From a virus, in the UHGV virus genome UHGV-2091730: 12,210 bases of DNA; one strand, given 5' to 3'. A program made the translations under genes and the position numbers. Below are positions 1 to 7,963 of this stretch, one piece after another. The notes below the pieces were generated by a model. That model was given only the letters and a program-made list of their open reading frames with translations. It was not told the DNA's origin and searched no databases. Each line of letters opens with the position of its first letter. The first letter of the stretch is position 1.

Positions 1-378
1 TTATTTCGAACAATCAGCATCCATCTCCAATCGGAGATCCAACACCATCAGCATACCCTCCACTACGCCCTCAGCTTTCTGAAGCATCCTGCCAACCCAA
101 CAATCAGATCGCCCATGCTTACGTGCAAGCGCCATAAAAGTCATGCCGCCGACATAATAGTCCACCAATAAATCATGCAAATCGCTGTTGTTCTTTTTCA
201 GACGGGCCATGCACCCGCAAATGATCATCGCGTCATCGTCACAACATTGTGGGCGAGATTTTACTTTTGAAGGAATTAATCCCTTAAAACCGGCGGCAAT
301 GGACGACCAGGTCACATCTTCATGATTATTAGCCGCCCACGCTCCCCAACGCTCAAGAACCATCTGAATATCACGCAT
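1..378 (-). CDS. Q: Late antiterminator Q, phage-82/DLP12 QuuD type
   Basis: Translation [24 protein letters not shown]... recognised as QuuD-like Q. ORF track starts at a TTG at 393; the ATG at 376-378 has a GGAG 8 nt upstream and is preferred. Stop TAA at 1-3. Confidence 0.8.
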   Translation of the reverse strand: MRDIQMVLERWGAWAANNHEDVTWSSIAAGFKGLIPSKVKSRPQCCDDDAMIICGCMARLKKNNSDLHDLLVDYYVGGMTFMALARKHGRSDCWVGRMLQKAEGVVEGMLMVLDLRLEMDADCSK

Positions 379-463
379 CAACTTACTCCACAAAACTCAG
401 ACCAGAACGCCAATTACAAGCAAAAATCAACAAAACAGTATTAGTTGATTGTTATCTCTGACT

Positions 464-586
464 TCATACTCCTGCTCCTGTCAGTGTTTTGGCGTAATTC
501 TTCAGTATTCGGTAATCGGTCAAAACAGAACCGGGGAAACGATATAAGCGCAGACGCCCCCAGCGGTGGCGAAGAAGTTCTGCCAT
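464..586 (-). CDS. ylcG: Small protein, YlcG-like (40 aa, MAELLRHRWGRLRLYRFPGSVLTDYRILKNYAKTLTGAGV)
   Basis: Hand-translated ORF between rusA and Q, where DLP12 carries ylcG. No clear Shine-Dalgarno; an in-frame TTG at 599-601 would give 45 aa. Confidence 0.35.
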   Translation of the reverse strand: MAELLRHRWGRLRLYRFPGSVLTDYRILKNYAKTLTGAGV

Positions 587-600
587 ATTAAACTCAAACA

Positions 601-963
601 TCATTCATTCCCCATTTCGGTGATGGTCAGTTCCAGCCTCCCACCTTTGGTAACAGGCATCTTCACAACGCGGTAATCAACGACCTGAGCATCATCCAGC
701 CAGAAACCTGCTTTAGTGAGTGCGTCAAAAGCGGCTTTTTGCAGATTATCCAGGTCACGGCGACGGCGATCCGGCATGTGGCACTCAATGCGGATTTTCA
801 CAGGCATAGCCAGGCCGATATCCAGCATTGCGTTTTTAATGATTCGGGCGACATTATCGCGGTATGCCTGCCCTTCTGCGCTGATGTGCGTGCGCCCTCG
901 ATTATGGCGGTAGTAGCGGTTATTGCTCGGCGGCCAGGGTAATGTGATGTGGTAAGTATTCAC
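601..963 (-). CDS. rusA: RusA Holliday-junction resolvase
   Basis: 120-aa translation [26 protein letters not shown]... is near-identical to E. coli RusA as recalled. GTG start overlaps the upstream stop (GTGA). Confidence 0.9.
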   Translation of the reverse strand: MNTYHITLPWPPSNNRYYRHNRGRTHISAEGQAYRDNVARIIKNAMLDIGLAMPVKIRIECHMPDRRRRDLDNLQKAAFDALTKAGFWLDDAQVVDYRVVKMPVTKGGRLELTITEMGNE

Positions 964-1250
964 GCCTTAATTACCCCCTCTTTCAGCCAGATAACCTGCG
1001 TTCTCGCCATACCTTCCAGCGCGCATTCTTTTGCATATCCAGCGTCAACAAAATGCGTGCGGCGGTCGATTTCGTCGTGGCAGGCAGAACATGCAATGGT
1101 GGCAATCAGGTCTGGCGGTTTCGTACCGGTGCCGCACAATCCAGTCAGCCGGATATGTGCCAGTACAGACGTTTCAGGGTTGCCATTACATACGCCAGGG
1201 ATTCTTACCTGGCATTCCCGACCACGCGCTGCTTTTCTCAAATCAGCCAT
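960..1250 (-). CDS. ybcO: YbcO-like (DUF1364) putative Cys-rich nuclease
   Basis: Translation [34 protein letters not shown]... with several Cys/His. Start ATG at 1248-1250 has GGAGG 4 nt upstream; the track start at 1289 is likely too long. Position between ninE and rusA matches DLP12 order. Confidence 0.7.
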   Translation of the reverse strand: MADLRKAARGRECQVRIPGVCNGNPETSVLAHIRLTGLCGTGTKPPDLIATIACSACHDEIDRRTHFVDAGYAKECALEGMARTQVIWLKEGVIKA

Positions 1251-1413
1251 GACTCCTCCTTGCTGCCAGTCGCAACCATTTTTTATCAACCAGGCTGGCG
1301 GTATATCCGAGCAGTGTTGGTATTTCGGATGGCTTCAGCTCAGGTTTACGCTTACGACGATTTGGTACTCTGTAGATGTGTCCGTTCATGACACGAATAA
1401 GCGGTGTAGCCAT
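1243..1413 (-). CDS. ninE: NinE family protein (56 aa)
   Basis: [53 protein letters not shown] resembles the NinE basic motif. ATG at 1411-1413 has GGAGG 4 nt upstream and overlaps the upstream stop (TAATG). Confidence 0.7.
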   Translation of the reverse strand: MATPLIRVMNGHIYRVPNRRKRKPELKPSEIPTLLGYTASLVDKKWLRLAARRSHG

Positions 1414-1868
1414 TACGCCTCCTGCTTGTCGCGCAGCAGCTGAAACTCGCAGCTCTGTGGAATAGTCAGGTGGCAACCAATATTCATCGCCCAGGCTTCA
1501 ACCTTACACAGGAAGACATACATCTCTCCGGTATCAAGATCGGAGGTATGGCGTAACGACTGGATAGTGGTGATATCACCGGTTACGACATCAACCAGGT
1601 CTTTGGTTTCATAACCGAGATATGTGTGTTTGAGAGCATCTTTTACCCAAGCTGGAGTGGCGAACGTTTTACCCTTGCTGATGAGGTATTCACTGATTTC
1701 GCTGTACCACATGTGGCTGAGTGCATTCTGGGAAAGACTGCGTCTCTCGCGCCACGGTTTAAGCACCATGCGAAAGCATTTGCCGTCCTCCAGATAAGGT
1801 TGGATCTGCCGACCGATAGCGGTGAAGTTACCGCGATGCAGTTTGATGCCATCTTGTGGGAAGTTCAC
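1413..1868 (-). CDS. ybcN: NinB/YbcN family protein (151 aa)
   Basis: 151 aa with an S-L-S-Q-N...W motif like lambda NinB (SLDQNRKLW). GTG start with GGAGG upstream. Length and position match DLP12 YbcN as recalled. Confidence 0.7.
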   Translation of the reverse strand: MNFPQDGIKLHRGNFTAIGRQIQPYLEDGKCFRMVLKPWRERRSLSQNALSHMWYSEISEYLISKGKTFATPAWVKDALKHTYLGYETKDLVDVVTGDITTIQSLRHTSDLDTGEMYVFLCKVEAWAMNIGCHLTIPQSCEFQLLRDKQEA

Positions 1869-1987
1869 GCTTCACCTCCGCAGAGATCAAACGCTGGATG
1901 CAAGATATCGCAGGTGCATTTCTGCATCTGTGAAGGGAGAAGAGAGTTTGGATTGTATGTGCGCATAAACGTCCCCGTTTAGCGCAG

Positions 1988-2020
1988 AAGTCACCGGAGG
2001 AGTTCAAACTCCGGTGACTT
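1988..2020. other. Perfect 12-bp inverted repeat (AAGTCACCGGAG / CTCCGGTGACTT) with 9-nt loop; stem-loop at the nin-block/cargo boundary
   Basis: Read directly from the sequence. No U-tract on either side, so not a canonical intrinsic terminator. Confidence 0.6.
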
Positions 2021-2089
2021 AATTATGACAAGTTGATTATTGAAAATCAAAAGTCATTTAAACAATAATGATACCCAGCAAGAGATTTC

Positions 2090-2491
2090 TTATTTTAACT
2101 CATAGATCAGACAGTCAACGATTTCTAAACCATTTACCATAGAATTAGAAACGCGAACTTTACCATCGTTGACTCTAGCAAATCCTTTTAACATTTTATA
2201 AATAAAAGCTGAATCCCCCTTAGCCTCAATTGCTTCTAATGGTATCGGCTTATACTTTTTTGATATGCTATTTCTATTTATCTCACTGATTTTTCTATAT
2301 ATTTCTGCCGGTCCACGTTCTGAGAAGTCACTGATAACTAAAATATATCTCCAAGATAGATCTGGGTAATAAAACCACATTGCAGCATCAATGGTTAAAT
2401 TCTGTAACTTGAGTTTTTTTAATAAAAATTGACCTGAGAATTCCATATCTTTTGTCAACTCTCTGCCGATTACCAGTGTGCTTTTACCCAT
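2090..2491 (-). CDS. Hypothetical protein (133 aa), downstream partner of the HEPN-like gene
   Basis: ATG at 2489-2491 with GGAG 8 nt upstream. Overlaps the upstream gene by 22 nt. About 30-35 percent GC by hand count. No family recognised. Confidence 0.6.
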   Translation of the reverse strand: MGKSTLVIGRELTKDMEFSGQFLLKKLKLQNLTIDAAMWFYYPDLSWRYILVISDFSERGPAEIYRKISEINRNSISKKYKPIPLEAIEAKGDSAFIYKMLKGFARVNDGKVRVSNSMVNGLEIVDCLIYELK

Positions 2492-2886
2492 TTCAAAACT
2501 CCAGAATTTTGGTCACCTACAGCATCAAACAATTGTTCGGCCATAGCTTTACTTATGTTATTGTCGTATCTAAATTGCTCGCTCCAGTCTTTAACGACCG
2601 ACCAGTTAATCTCCAACGAAACATCATTTTTTGCGTCAGCAATCAAAATTTGATGTAAGTTGGCAATTTTGAGAAGTTGCGACAAATCATGAGTATATGA
2701 ATCATTTACGACTTTTTTGTTTGGAAACTCATGTTGTAAAAATGACTTGGCAATACAGGCCTTCAATGCACATTCAACTGCATACCCACAAAGATAATAT
2801 GCACCATGAAAAAAGCCATGATCAAGCAAGCATTTGGCCTCATTAAGCCTAGTGTCAGATAATGCTTCAAGGTCGTTTTTATTCAT
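2470..2886 (-). CDS. HEPN-like domain protein (138 aa), putative toxin/effector of a two-gene module
   Basis: Motif order matches the classical HEPN pattern: GAYYLCGYAVECALKA, then THDL, then FRYD. Weak RBS. AT-rich. The domain call is pattern recognition only. Confidence 0.5.
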   Translation of the reverse strand: MNKNDLEALSDTRLNEAKCLLDHGFFHGAYYLCGYAVECALKACIAKSFLQHEFPNKKVVNDSYTHDLSQLLKIANLHQILIADAKNDVSLEINWSVVKDWSEQFRYDNNISKAMAEQLFDAVGDQNSGVLKWVKAHW

Positions 2887-3304
2887 ACAATTATAACTTG
2901 AATTATCCTAATTTTTATGATTATACCCTTATCAGGTATGATGTAGGAACTGAAAACAATATTGGATATCATTTTCGATATTTCTCTGCAAATTCCAGCC
3001 CACAGGATCTCGGTGTACAATCTGTCGCTGATCGCGCAAATTTAGGGTCAATCACTTCATTTTTTGCATCAAACCCTCACTAACATCGAACGATTATAGT
3101 ACAAGTAGTGTTCTTGACTTCTCATTAAACCGTCAGCATTCAATTAATTACAAAATACTAGCGGCATTTCTCTCCCGCAACTTTATTACAGCCGTTCAGA
3201 ACGTAAATGCGTCAATACTCGAATCAACTGATCATCCTGCCACGACTGAAATCTCAAATAGGCCGTTTCTCAAGTAAGAGATTTTGAATGCATTATTGGC
3301 TACT

Positions 3305-3333
3305 GAAATAAAAAACCCAGCGCCAACTGGGTT
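3305..3333 (-). terminator. Rho-independent terminator for the signal-peptide protein gene
   Basis: On the minus strand, a 7-bp stem (AACCCAG / CTGGGTT) with 6-nt loop followed by TTTTTATTT, about 20 nt past the stop at 3351. Confidence 0.6.
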
Positions 3334-3350
3334 CATATGAAATTTTTTTG

Positions 3351-3845
3351 TCATTTCCAATTGCAAGACTGTGAAATTTTTTCCACAACCTTATCAATCT
3401 CAGACAAGTCAAACTCAACTACTTGCATAGTTGATCCATAAGGTTCAAACCCAAAAATAGCTTTTTTATGCTTAGCCAAGGTCTTTATAAATTGTATTGG
3501 TTGTGGAGCAAATGCAGAATCACCGCCTTCCCCACCACCCCAAACACTCTTGACCGGCTTTCCGCCATCTAACCGCACTGTAATTCTTGGGTTGTCCGAA
3601 CCCATATAATCATTGAATGATAAATAGGCATCTGTTTTGTTATCACTACAACGCAACACCAGTGAAGTTGCACGATCAGTACCTGCTTTGTTATATGAAT
3701 CTGGTGATAAATTAAGAGCCACAAAGTCAGTCTGGTCAGTCATTTTATTTATCTCAGACTTTGTTATCCACGGCCCTAACTTCTCTACACCAGCATTTGC
3801 TGTAAACGAGGCACTTATGACAAAGGCTAAAATAAATTTTCTCAT
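3351..3845 (-). CDS. Secreted/periplasmic protein of unknown function (164 aa) with N-terminal signal peptide
   Basis: N-terminus MRKFILAFVISASFTANA is a Sec signal peptide with no lipobox. AGGAGA 7 nt upstream of the ATG. Own terminator. Two Cys in the mature part. AT-rich. Confidence 0.7.
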   Translation of the reverse strand: MRKFILAFVISASFTANAGVEKLGPWITKSEINKMTDQTDFVALNLSPDSYNKAGTDRATSLVLRCSDNKTDAYLSFNDYMGSDNPRITVRLDGGKPVKSVWGGGEGGDSAFAPQPIQFIKTLAKHKKAIFGFEPYGSTMQVVEFDLSEIDKVVEKISQSCNWK

Positions 3846-3991
3846 AACCCTATCTCCTTGGCTTCAAAGAACTAAATATTATCAAGTCTCTTGCCACTAG
3901 AAAACCCACTTTATTTCCAAACTCTGATGGCATTCCTGAAAATCCGCTTCATACTCACTTGCCCCGCCCTATCATCCTGAGTAGCTAACCG

Positions 3992-4165
3992 TTAAACAAA
4001 CGTTCGCCAGACCTTACCATCAATGACCAGGATTCCTGCACGCGCCATTTTAGCTGCTGCCTGATTTATGCAGGTTACTGTCACACCTGTTGCCGCAGCA
4101 ACGTCCTGCGCACAGAAGCTCTTATGCGTCCCCAGGTAATAAATAATTGCCTCTTTGCCCGTCAT
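3992..4165 (-). CDS. ren: Ren-like protein, apparently short (57 aa) compared with lambda Ren
   Basis: Hand translation MTGKEAIIYYLGTHKSFCAQDVAAATGVTVTCINQAAAKMARAGILVIDGKVWRTFV matches the lambda Ren N-terminus as recalled. ATG overlaps the P stop (ATGA). The ORF ends where the AT-rich cargo begins. Confidence 0.6.
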   Translation of the reverse strand: MTGKEAIIYYLGTHKSFCAQDVAAATGVTVTCINQAAAKMARAGILVIDGKVWRTFV

Positions 4166-4863
4166 ACACTTGCTCCTTTCAGCCCAAACTTAGCTTTGAT
4201 TTCTGCGATCTTCGCCAGAGCCTGTGCACGATTTAGAGGTCTACCGCCCATGACAGGAAGCTGTTTTACTGGTTCAGGTATCGCCTCACCACGGTTAATT
4301 CGCGCGGTCATACAGGACAGTTCATCGGCAGCCTTGCGCCGTAATTCCGCATCAGTAAGCGCATTGGCCCGCATGTTCTGGTACAGGTTGGTAACCAGCC
4401 AGTAATGCGCGTTCGATTTCCACGGATAAGACTCTGCATCCGGATACAGGCCACGCTTCCGGCAATACTCGTAAACCATATCAACCAGCTCGCTGACGTT
4501 TGGCAGCCCGGCGTTAACGGATGCTTCTTCCCGGCACCAGGCGACAAACTGCCCGGGTGATGGCAGGAATGGTCGATTCTGCCGACGGGCTACGCGCATT
4601 CCTGCGTTAACCTGTTCCATTGTGGTGATCCCGTTTTCCCGGAAAGCCAGAACCCACTGGCGGCGGATTTCGTTCAGTTCATTCTGGTCACGGTTAGCCA
4701 GGCTCGCCGGGAAAGTTGCCAGTAACTGGCTGAACACACCGTTGATGATCTGCGCTACCTGCTGTACCTGCGGCTTTTCGTCGTACTGTTCCGGCATGTT
4801 GTTGGCGATCCGACGCATCTGCTCACGGTCAAAGTTAACCATCTGTGCGGCGATGTTTTTCAT
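4162..4863 (-). CDS. P: Replication protein P (DnaB helicase loader), lambda type
   Basis: 233-aa translation MKNIAAQMVNFDREQMRRIANNMPEQYDEK... recognised as lambda P. ATG overlaps the O stop (ATGA). Confidence 0.92.
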   Translation of the reverse strand: MKNIAAQMVNFDREQMRRIANNMPEQYDEKPQVQQVAQIINGVFSQLLATFPASLANRDQNELNEIRRQWVLAFRENGITTMEQVNAGMRVARRQNRPFLPSPGQFVAWCREEASVNAGLPNVSELVDMVYEYCRKRGLYPDAESYPWKSNAHYWLVTNLYQNMRANALTDAELRRKAADELSCMTARINRGEAIPEPVKQLPVMGGRPLNRAQALAKIAEIKAKFGLKGASV

Positions 4864-5354
4864 AAATCCATCCCGTAAATCCAGTCAGTGTTTGTCAGGT
4901 CGAGTTTTGGTTTTCTGGCTGTCACGCCAGCCTGTTGCTTGTTACGGTTGATTTCGAGCTGGGTCCACTTGTCGCGGAGTTTAGCCGGACTCAGCACGTT
5001 ACCGGACCAGAAGTTGTCCTGGCATGCCCAGCGGAACAGCACGCACATGTCGCGGTGGTTACGTCCATCACGTTCACGCATCAGGCGGATATCGTTAGCC
5101 CACCCTGCAAAATTCGGTTTTCTGGCTGATGGCGCGATGGTCTTCACCATGTCAAACATCCACTCTGCGGCGGTCAGGTCTTCTGCTGTCCCCCACTTGC
5201 TGCCGCTCTGAATTGCAGCATCCGATTTCATCACAGGAAGATCGTTTTCTGGCTGGTCAGAGGATTCGTCAGAATTCTCGGACGAAAAAGGTTTTATATT
5301 GTCTTTTGTTAGTTTGTCTTTTGTGTTTACCTGATTCGGGTACCTGGACTGCAT
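4860..5354 (-). pseudogene. O: Replication initiator O, C-terminal fragment only; N-terminal domain and ori iterons absent
   Basis: From LTKDNIKPFSSENSDESSDQPEND onward it matches the lambda O C-terminal half. The first ATG has a TAG two codons upstream and no RBS. The AT-rich ori-proximal segment and GAATTC (5272-5277) are kept, but no iterons. Confidence 0.8.
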
Positions 5355-5542
5355 CAGCTAATTTACGCGGACGACTTTATCTGCACCGCGGCATCGAGCG
5401 CACTTATACCCGTGATTTGCTCGTGGAAGTTTTTCTCGACGGACGCGGTAACGGCCTGAATCACTAATCCCCTTTCCTGTTTTCCTATTCAGCCTGGCAT
5501 TTCGCGGGCGATATTTTCACAGCCATTTTCAGGAGTTCAGCC

Positions 5543-5839
5543 ATGAACGCTTATTACATTCAGGATCGTCTTGAGGCTCAGAGCTGGGCGCGTCACTACC
5601 AGCAGATCGCCCATGAAGAGAAAGAGGCAGAACTGGCAGACGACATGGAAAAAGGCCTGCCCCAGCACCTGTTTGAATCACTCTGTATCGATCATTTGCA
5701 ACGCTGCGGGGCCAGCAAAAAAGCCATTACCCGTGCGTTTGATGACGATGTTGAGTTTCAGGAGCGCATGGCAGAACACATCCGGTACATGGTTGAAACC
5801 ATTGCTCACCACCAGGTTGATATTGATTCAGAGGTATAA
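5543..5839 (+). CDS. gam: Gam (RecBCD inhibitor), short 98-aa form
   Basis: [54 protein letters not shown]... recognised as lambda Gam. An in-frame TAA at 5465-5467 rules out the long form. Confidence 0.92.
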   Translation: MNAYYIQDRLEAQSWARHYQQIAHEEKEAELADDMEKGLPQHLFESLCIDHLQRCGASKKAITRAFDDDVEFQERMAEHIRYMVETIAHHQVDIDSEV

Positions 5840-5844
5840 AACGG

Positions 5845-6630
5845 ATGAGTACAGCACTCGCAACGCTGGCAGGGAAGCTGGCTGAACGTGTCGGCATGGA
5901 TTCTGTCGACCCACAGGAACTGATCACCACTCTTCGCCAGACGGCATTTAAAGGTGATGCCAGCGATGCGCAGTTCATCGCATTGTTGATCGTCGCCAAC
6001 CAGTACGGCCTTAATCCGTGGACGAAAGAAATTTACGCCTTCCCTGATAAGCAGAACGGCATCGTTCCGGTGGTGGGCGTTGATGGCTGGTCCCGCATCA
6101 TCAACGAAAACCAGCAGTTTGACGGCATGGACTTTGAACAGGACAACGAATCCTGCACATGCCGGATTTACCGCAAAGACCGCAATCATCCGATCTGCGT
6201 TACCGAATGGATGGATGAATGCCGCCGCGAACCATTCAAAACCCGCGAAGGCAGAGAAATCACGGGGCCGTGGCAGTCGCATCCCAAACGGATGTTACGG
6301 CATAAAGCCATGATTCAGTGTGCCCGTCTGGCCTTCGGATTTGCTGGTATCTATGACAAGGATGAAGCCGAGCGCATTGTCGAAAATACCGCATACACTG
6401 CAGAACGTCAGCCGGAACGCGACATCACTCCGGTTAACGATGAAACCATGCAGGAGATTAACACTCTGCTGATCGCCCTGGATAAAACATGGGATGACGA
6501 CTTATTGCCGCTCTGTTCCCAGGTATTTCGCCGCGACATTCGCGCATCGTCAGAACTGACACAGGCCGAAGCAGTGAAAGCTCTTGGATTCCTGAAACAG
6601 AAAGCCACTGAGCAGAAGGTGGCAGCATGA
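5845..6630 (+). CDS. bet: Bet (Red-beta single-strand annealing protein)
   Basis: 261-aa translation [59 protein letters not shown]... recognised as lambda Bet. Confidence 0.95.
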   Translation: MSTALATLAGKLAERVGMDSVDPQELITTLRQTAFKGDASDAQFIALLIVANQYGLNPWTKEIYAFPDKQNGIVPVVGVDGWSRIINENQQFDGMDFEQDNESCTCRIYRKDRNHPICVTEWMDECRREPFKTREGREITGPWQSHPKRMLRHKAMIQCARLAFGFAGIYDKDEAERIVENTAYTAERQPERDITPVNDETMQEINTLLIALDKTWDDDLLPLCSQVFRRDIRASSELTQAEAVKALGFLKQKATEQKVAA

Positions 6631-7307
6631 CACCGGACATTATCCTGCAGCGTACCGGGATCGACGTGAGAGCTGTCGAACAAGGGGATGATGCATGGCA
6701 CAAATTACGGCTCGGCGTCATCACCGCTTCAGAAGTTCACAACGTGATAGCAAAGCCCCGCTCAGGAAAGAAGTGGCCTGACATGAAAATGTCCTACTTC
6801 CACACCCTGCTGGCTGAGGTTTGCACCGGTGTGGCTCCGGAAGTTAATGCTAAGGCGCTGGCATGGGGAAAACAGTACGAGAACGACGCCAGAACCCTGT
6901 TTGAGTTCACTTCCGGCGTGAATGTTATTGAATCCCCGATCATCTATCGCGACGAAAGTATGCGTACCGCCTGCTCTCCCGATGGTTTATGCAGTGACGG
7001 CAATGGCCTTGAGCTGAAATGCCCGTTTACCTCCCGGGATTTCATGAAGTTCCGGCTCGGTGGTTTCGAGGCCATAAAGTCGGCTTACATGGCCCAGGTG
7101 CAGTACAGCATGTGGGTGACACGAAAAGATGCCTGGTACTTTGCCAACTATGACCCGCGGATGAAGCGTGAAGGACTGCATTATGTCGTGGTTGAGCGGG
7201 ATGAAAAGTACATGGCGAGTTTTGACGAGATGGTGCCGGAGTTCATCGAAAAAATGGACGAGGCACTGGCTGAAATTGGTTTTGTATTTGGGGAGCAATG
7301 GCGATGA
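6627..7307 (+). CDS. exo: Exo (lambda 5'-3' exonuclease, Red-alpha)
   Basis: 226-aa translation [50 protein letters not shown]... recognised as lambda Exo. Overlaps the bet stop by 4 nt. Confidence 0.95.
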   Translation: MTPDIILQRTGIDVRAVEQGDDAWHKLRLGVITASEVHNVIAKPRSGKKWPDMKMSYFHTLLAEVCTGVAPEVNAKALAWGKQYENDARTLFEFTSGVNVIESPIIYRDESMRTACSPDGLCSDGNGLELKCPFTSRDFMKFRLGGFEAIKSAYMAQVQYSMWVTRKDAWYFANYDPRMKREGLHYVVVERDEKYMASFDEMVPEFIEKMDEALAEIGFVFGEQWR

Positions 7308-7486
7308 AGCATCCTCACGATAATATCCGGGTAGGCGCGATCACTTTCGTCTACTCCGTTACAAAGCGAGGCTGGGTATTTCCCGGCCTTTCTGTTACCC
7401 GAAATCCCCTGAAAGCACAGCGGCTGGCTGAGGAGATAAATAATAAACGGGGAGCTGTATGCACAAAGCATCTCCTGTTGAGTTAA
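7304..7486 (+). CDS. Small b-region protein (60 aa), lambda orf60a-like
   Basis: ATG at 7304 overlaps the exo stop (ATGA) with GGGAG 8 nt upstream. Same position as lambda orf60a. The track start at 7298 is less likely. Confidence 0.55.
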   Translation: MKHPHDNIRVGAITFVYSVTKRGWVFPGLSVTRNPLKAQRLAEEINNKRGAVCTKHLLLS

Positions 7487-7650
7487 GAACGAGCATTGAG
7501 ATGGCACATAGCCTCGCTCAAATTGGAGTCAGGTTTGTGCCAATACCAGTAGAAACAGACGAAGAATTTCATACGTTAGCCGCATCCCTTTCACAAAAAC
7601 TGGAAATGATGGTGGCGAAAGCAGAAGCAGATGAGAGAGACCAGGTATGA
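7459..7650 (+). CDS. Small b-region protein (63 aa), lambda orf63-like
   Basis: ATG with GGGGAG 4 nt upstream. Length and position match lambda orf63. Confidence 0.55.
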   Translation: MHKASPVELRTSIEMAHSLAQIGVRFVPIPVETDEEFHTLAASLSQKLEMMVAKAEADERDQV

Positions 7651-7730
7651 CAACCACTGAATGCATTTTTCTGGCAGCGGGCTTCATATTCTGTGTGCTT
7701 ATGCTTGCCGACATGGGACTTGTTCAATGA
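7647..7730 (+). CDS. Possible 27-aa hydrophobic peptide (MTTTECIFLAAGFIFCVLMLADMGLVQ)
   Basis: Hand-translated. ATG overlaps the upstream stop and its stop overlaps the next ATG (ATGA at 7727-7730). Single predicted TM helix. A weak call. Confidence 0.3.
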   Translation: MTTTECIFLAAGFIFCVLMLADMGLVQ

Positions 7731-7942
7731 CACCTCAGCAGGAAAACGCCCTTCGCAGCATTGCCCGTCAGGCTAATTCTGAAATCAAAAAAGCCAGACA
7801 GCAGTTTCCGGATAAAAACGTCGATGACATTTGCCGTAGCGTACTAAAGAAGCACCGCGAAACGGTAACGCTGATGGGATTCACACCGACTCATTTAAGC
7901 CTGGCGATCGGCATGTTGAACGGCGTCTTTAAGGAACGGTGA
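7727..7942 (+). CDS. Small b-region protein (71 aa), lambda orf61-like
   Basis: MTPQQENALRSIARQANSEIKKARQQFPDKNVDDICRSVLKKHRETVTLMGFTPTHLSLAIGMLNGVFKER. The track begins at an ATG at 7661 with no RBS; the 7727 start is coupled to the upstream peptide. Confidence 0.5.
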   Translation: MTPQQENALRSIARQANSEIKKARQQFPDKNVDDICRSVLKKHRETVTLMGFTPTHLSLAIGMLNGVFKER

Positions 7943-7963
7943 ACATGAAAAGCAAAATCATCA

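Noticed and set aside
716-1443. Plus-strand ORFs 716-913, 739-942, 949-1443, 1031-1252 and 1053-1391
   Set aside because: They lie antisense to the well-supported rusA, ybcO-like and ninE genes. Their translations are Arg/Ser/Cys-rich with no RBS, typical of shadow ORFs in GC-rich coding DNA.
1626-1982. ORFs 1626-1982 (plus) and 1643-1852 (minus)
   Set aside because: They overlap the ninB/ybcN-like gene, which has a strong RBS and a family motif. No independent support.
2452-3083. Plus-strand ORFs 2452-2658 and 2862-3083
   Set aside because: They are antisense to or overlap the HEPN-like cassette. The translations are low-complexity (Tyr/Asn/Phe-rich), as expected from AT-rich DNA, and no RBS is present.
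3637-3900. Plus-strand ORF 3637-3900
   Set aside because: Antisense to the signal-peptide protein gene, which has a clear RBS, signal peptide and terminator.
4124-5211. ORFs 4124-4405, 4308-4547, 4622-4951, 4888-5211 and 4935-5129
   Set aside because: All overlap the P or O reading frames, which are recognised by sequence. They are shadow ORFs.
5339-5344. KpnI site (GGTACC) at the O-fragment/gam junction, considered as a sign of engineering
   Set aside because: A single 6-bp site is expected by chance every few kb. No other vector-like sequence (selectable marker, polylinker, FRT/loxP) was seen nearby.
5129-5467. ORF 5129-5467, in frame with gam and ending 75 nt upstream of it
   Set aside because: Most of it is antisense to the O fragment and has no RBS. 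Only its last part might be a kil 3' remnant; I cannot confirm that from memory, so it is not annotated.
5571-7507. ORFs overlapping gam, bet and exo (5571-5885, 5727-5999, 5806-6282, 6080-6313, 6408-6701, 6458-6724, 6987-7298, 7181-7507)
   Set aside because: Alternative-frame or antisense ORFs inside genes identified with high confidence.
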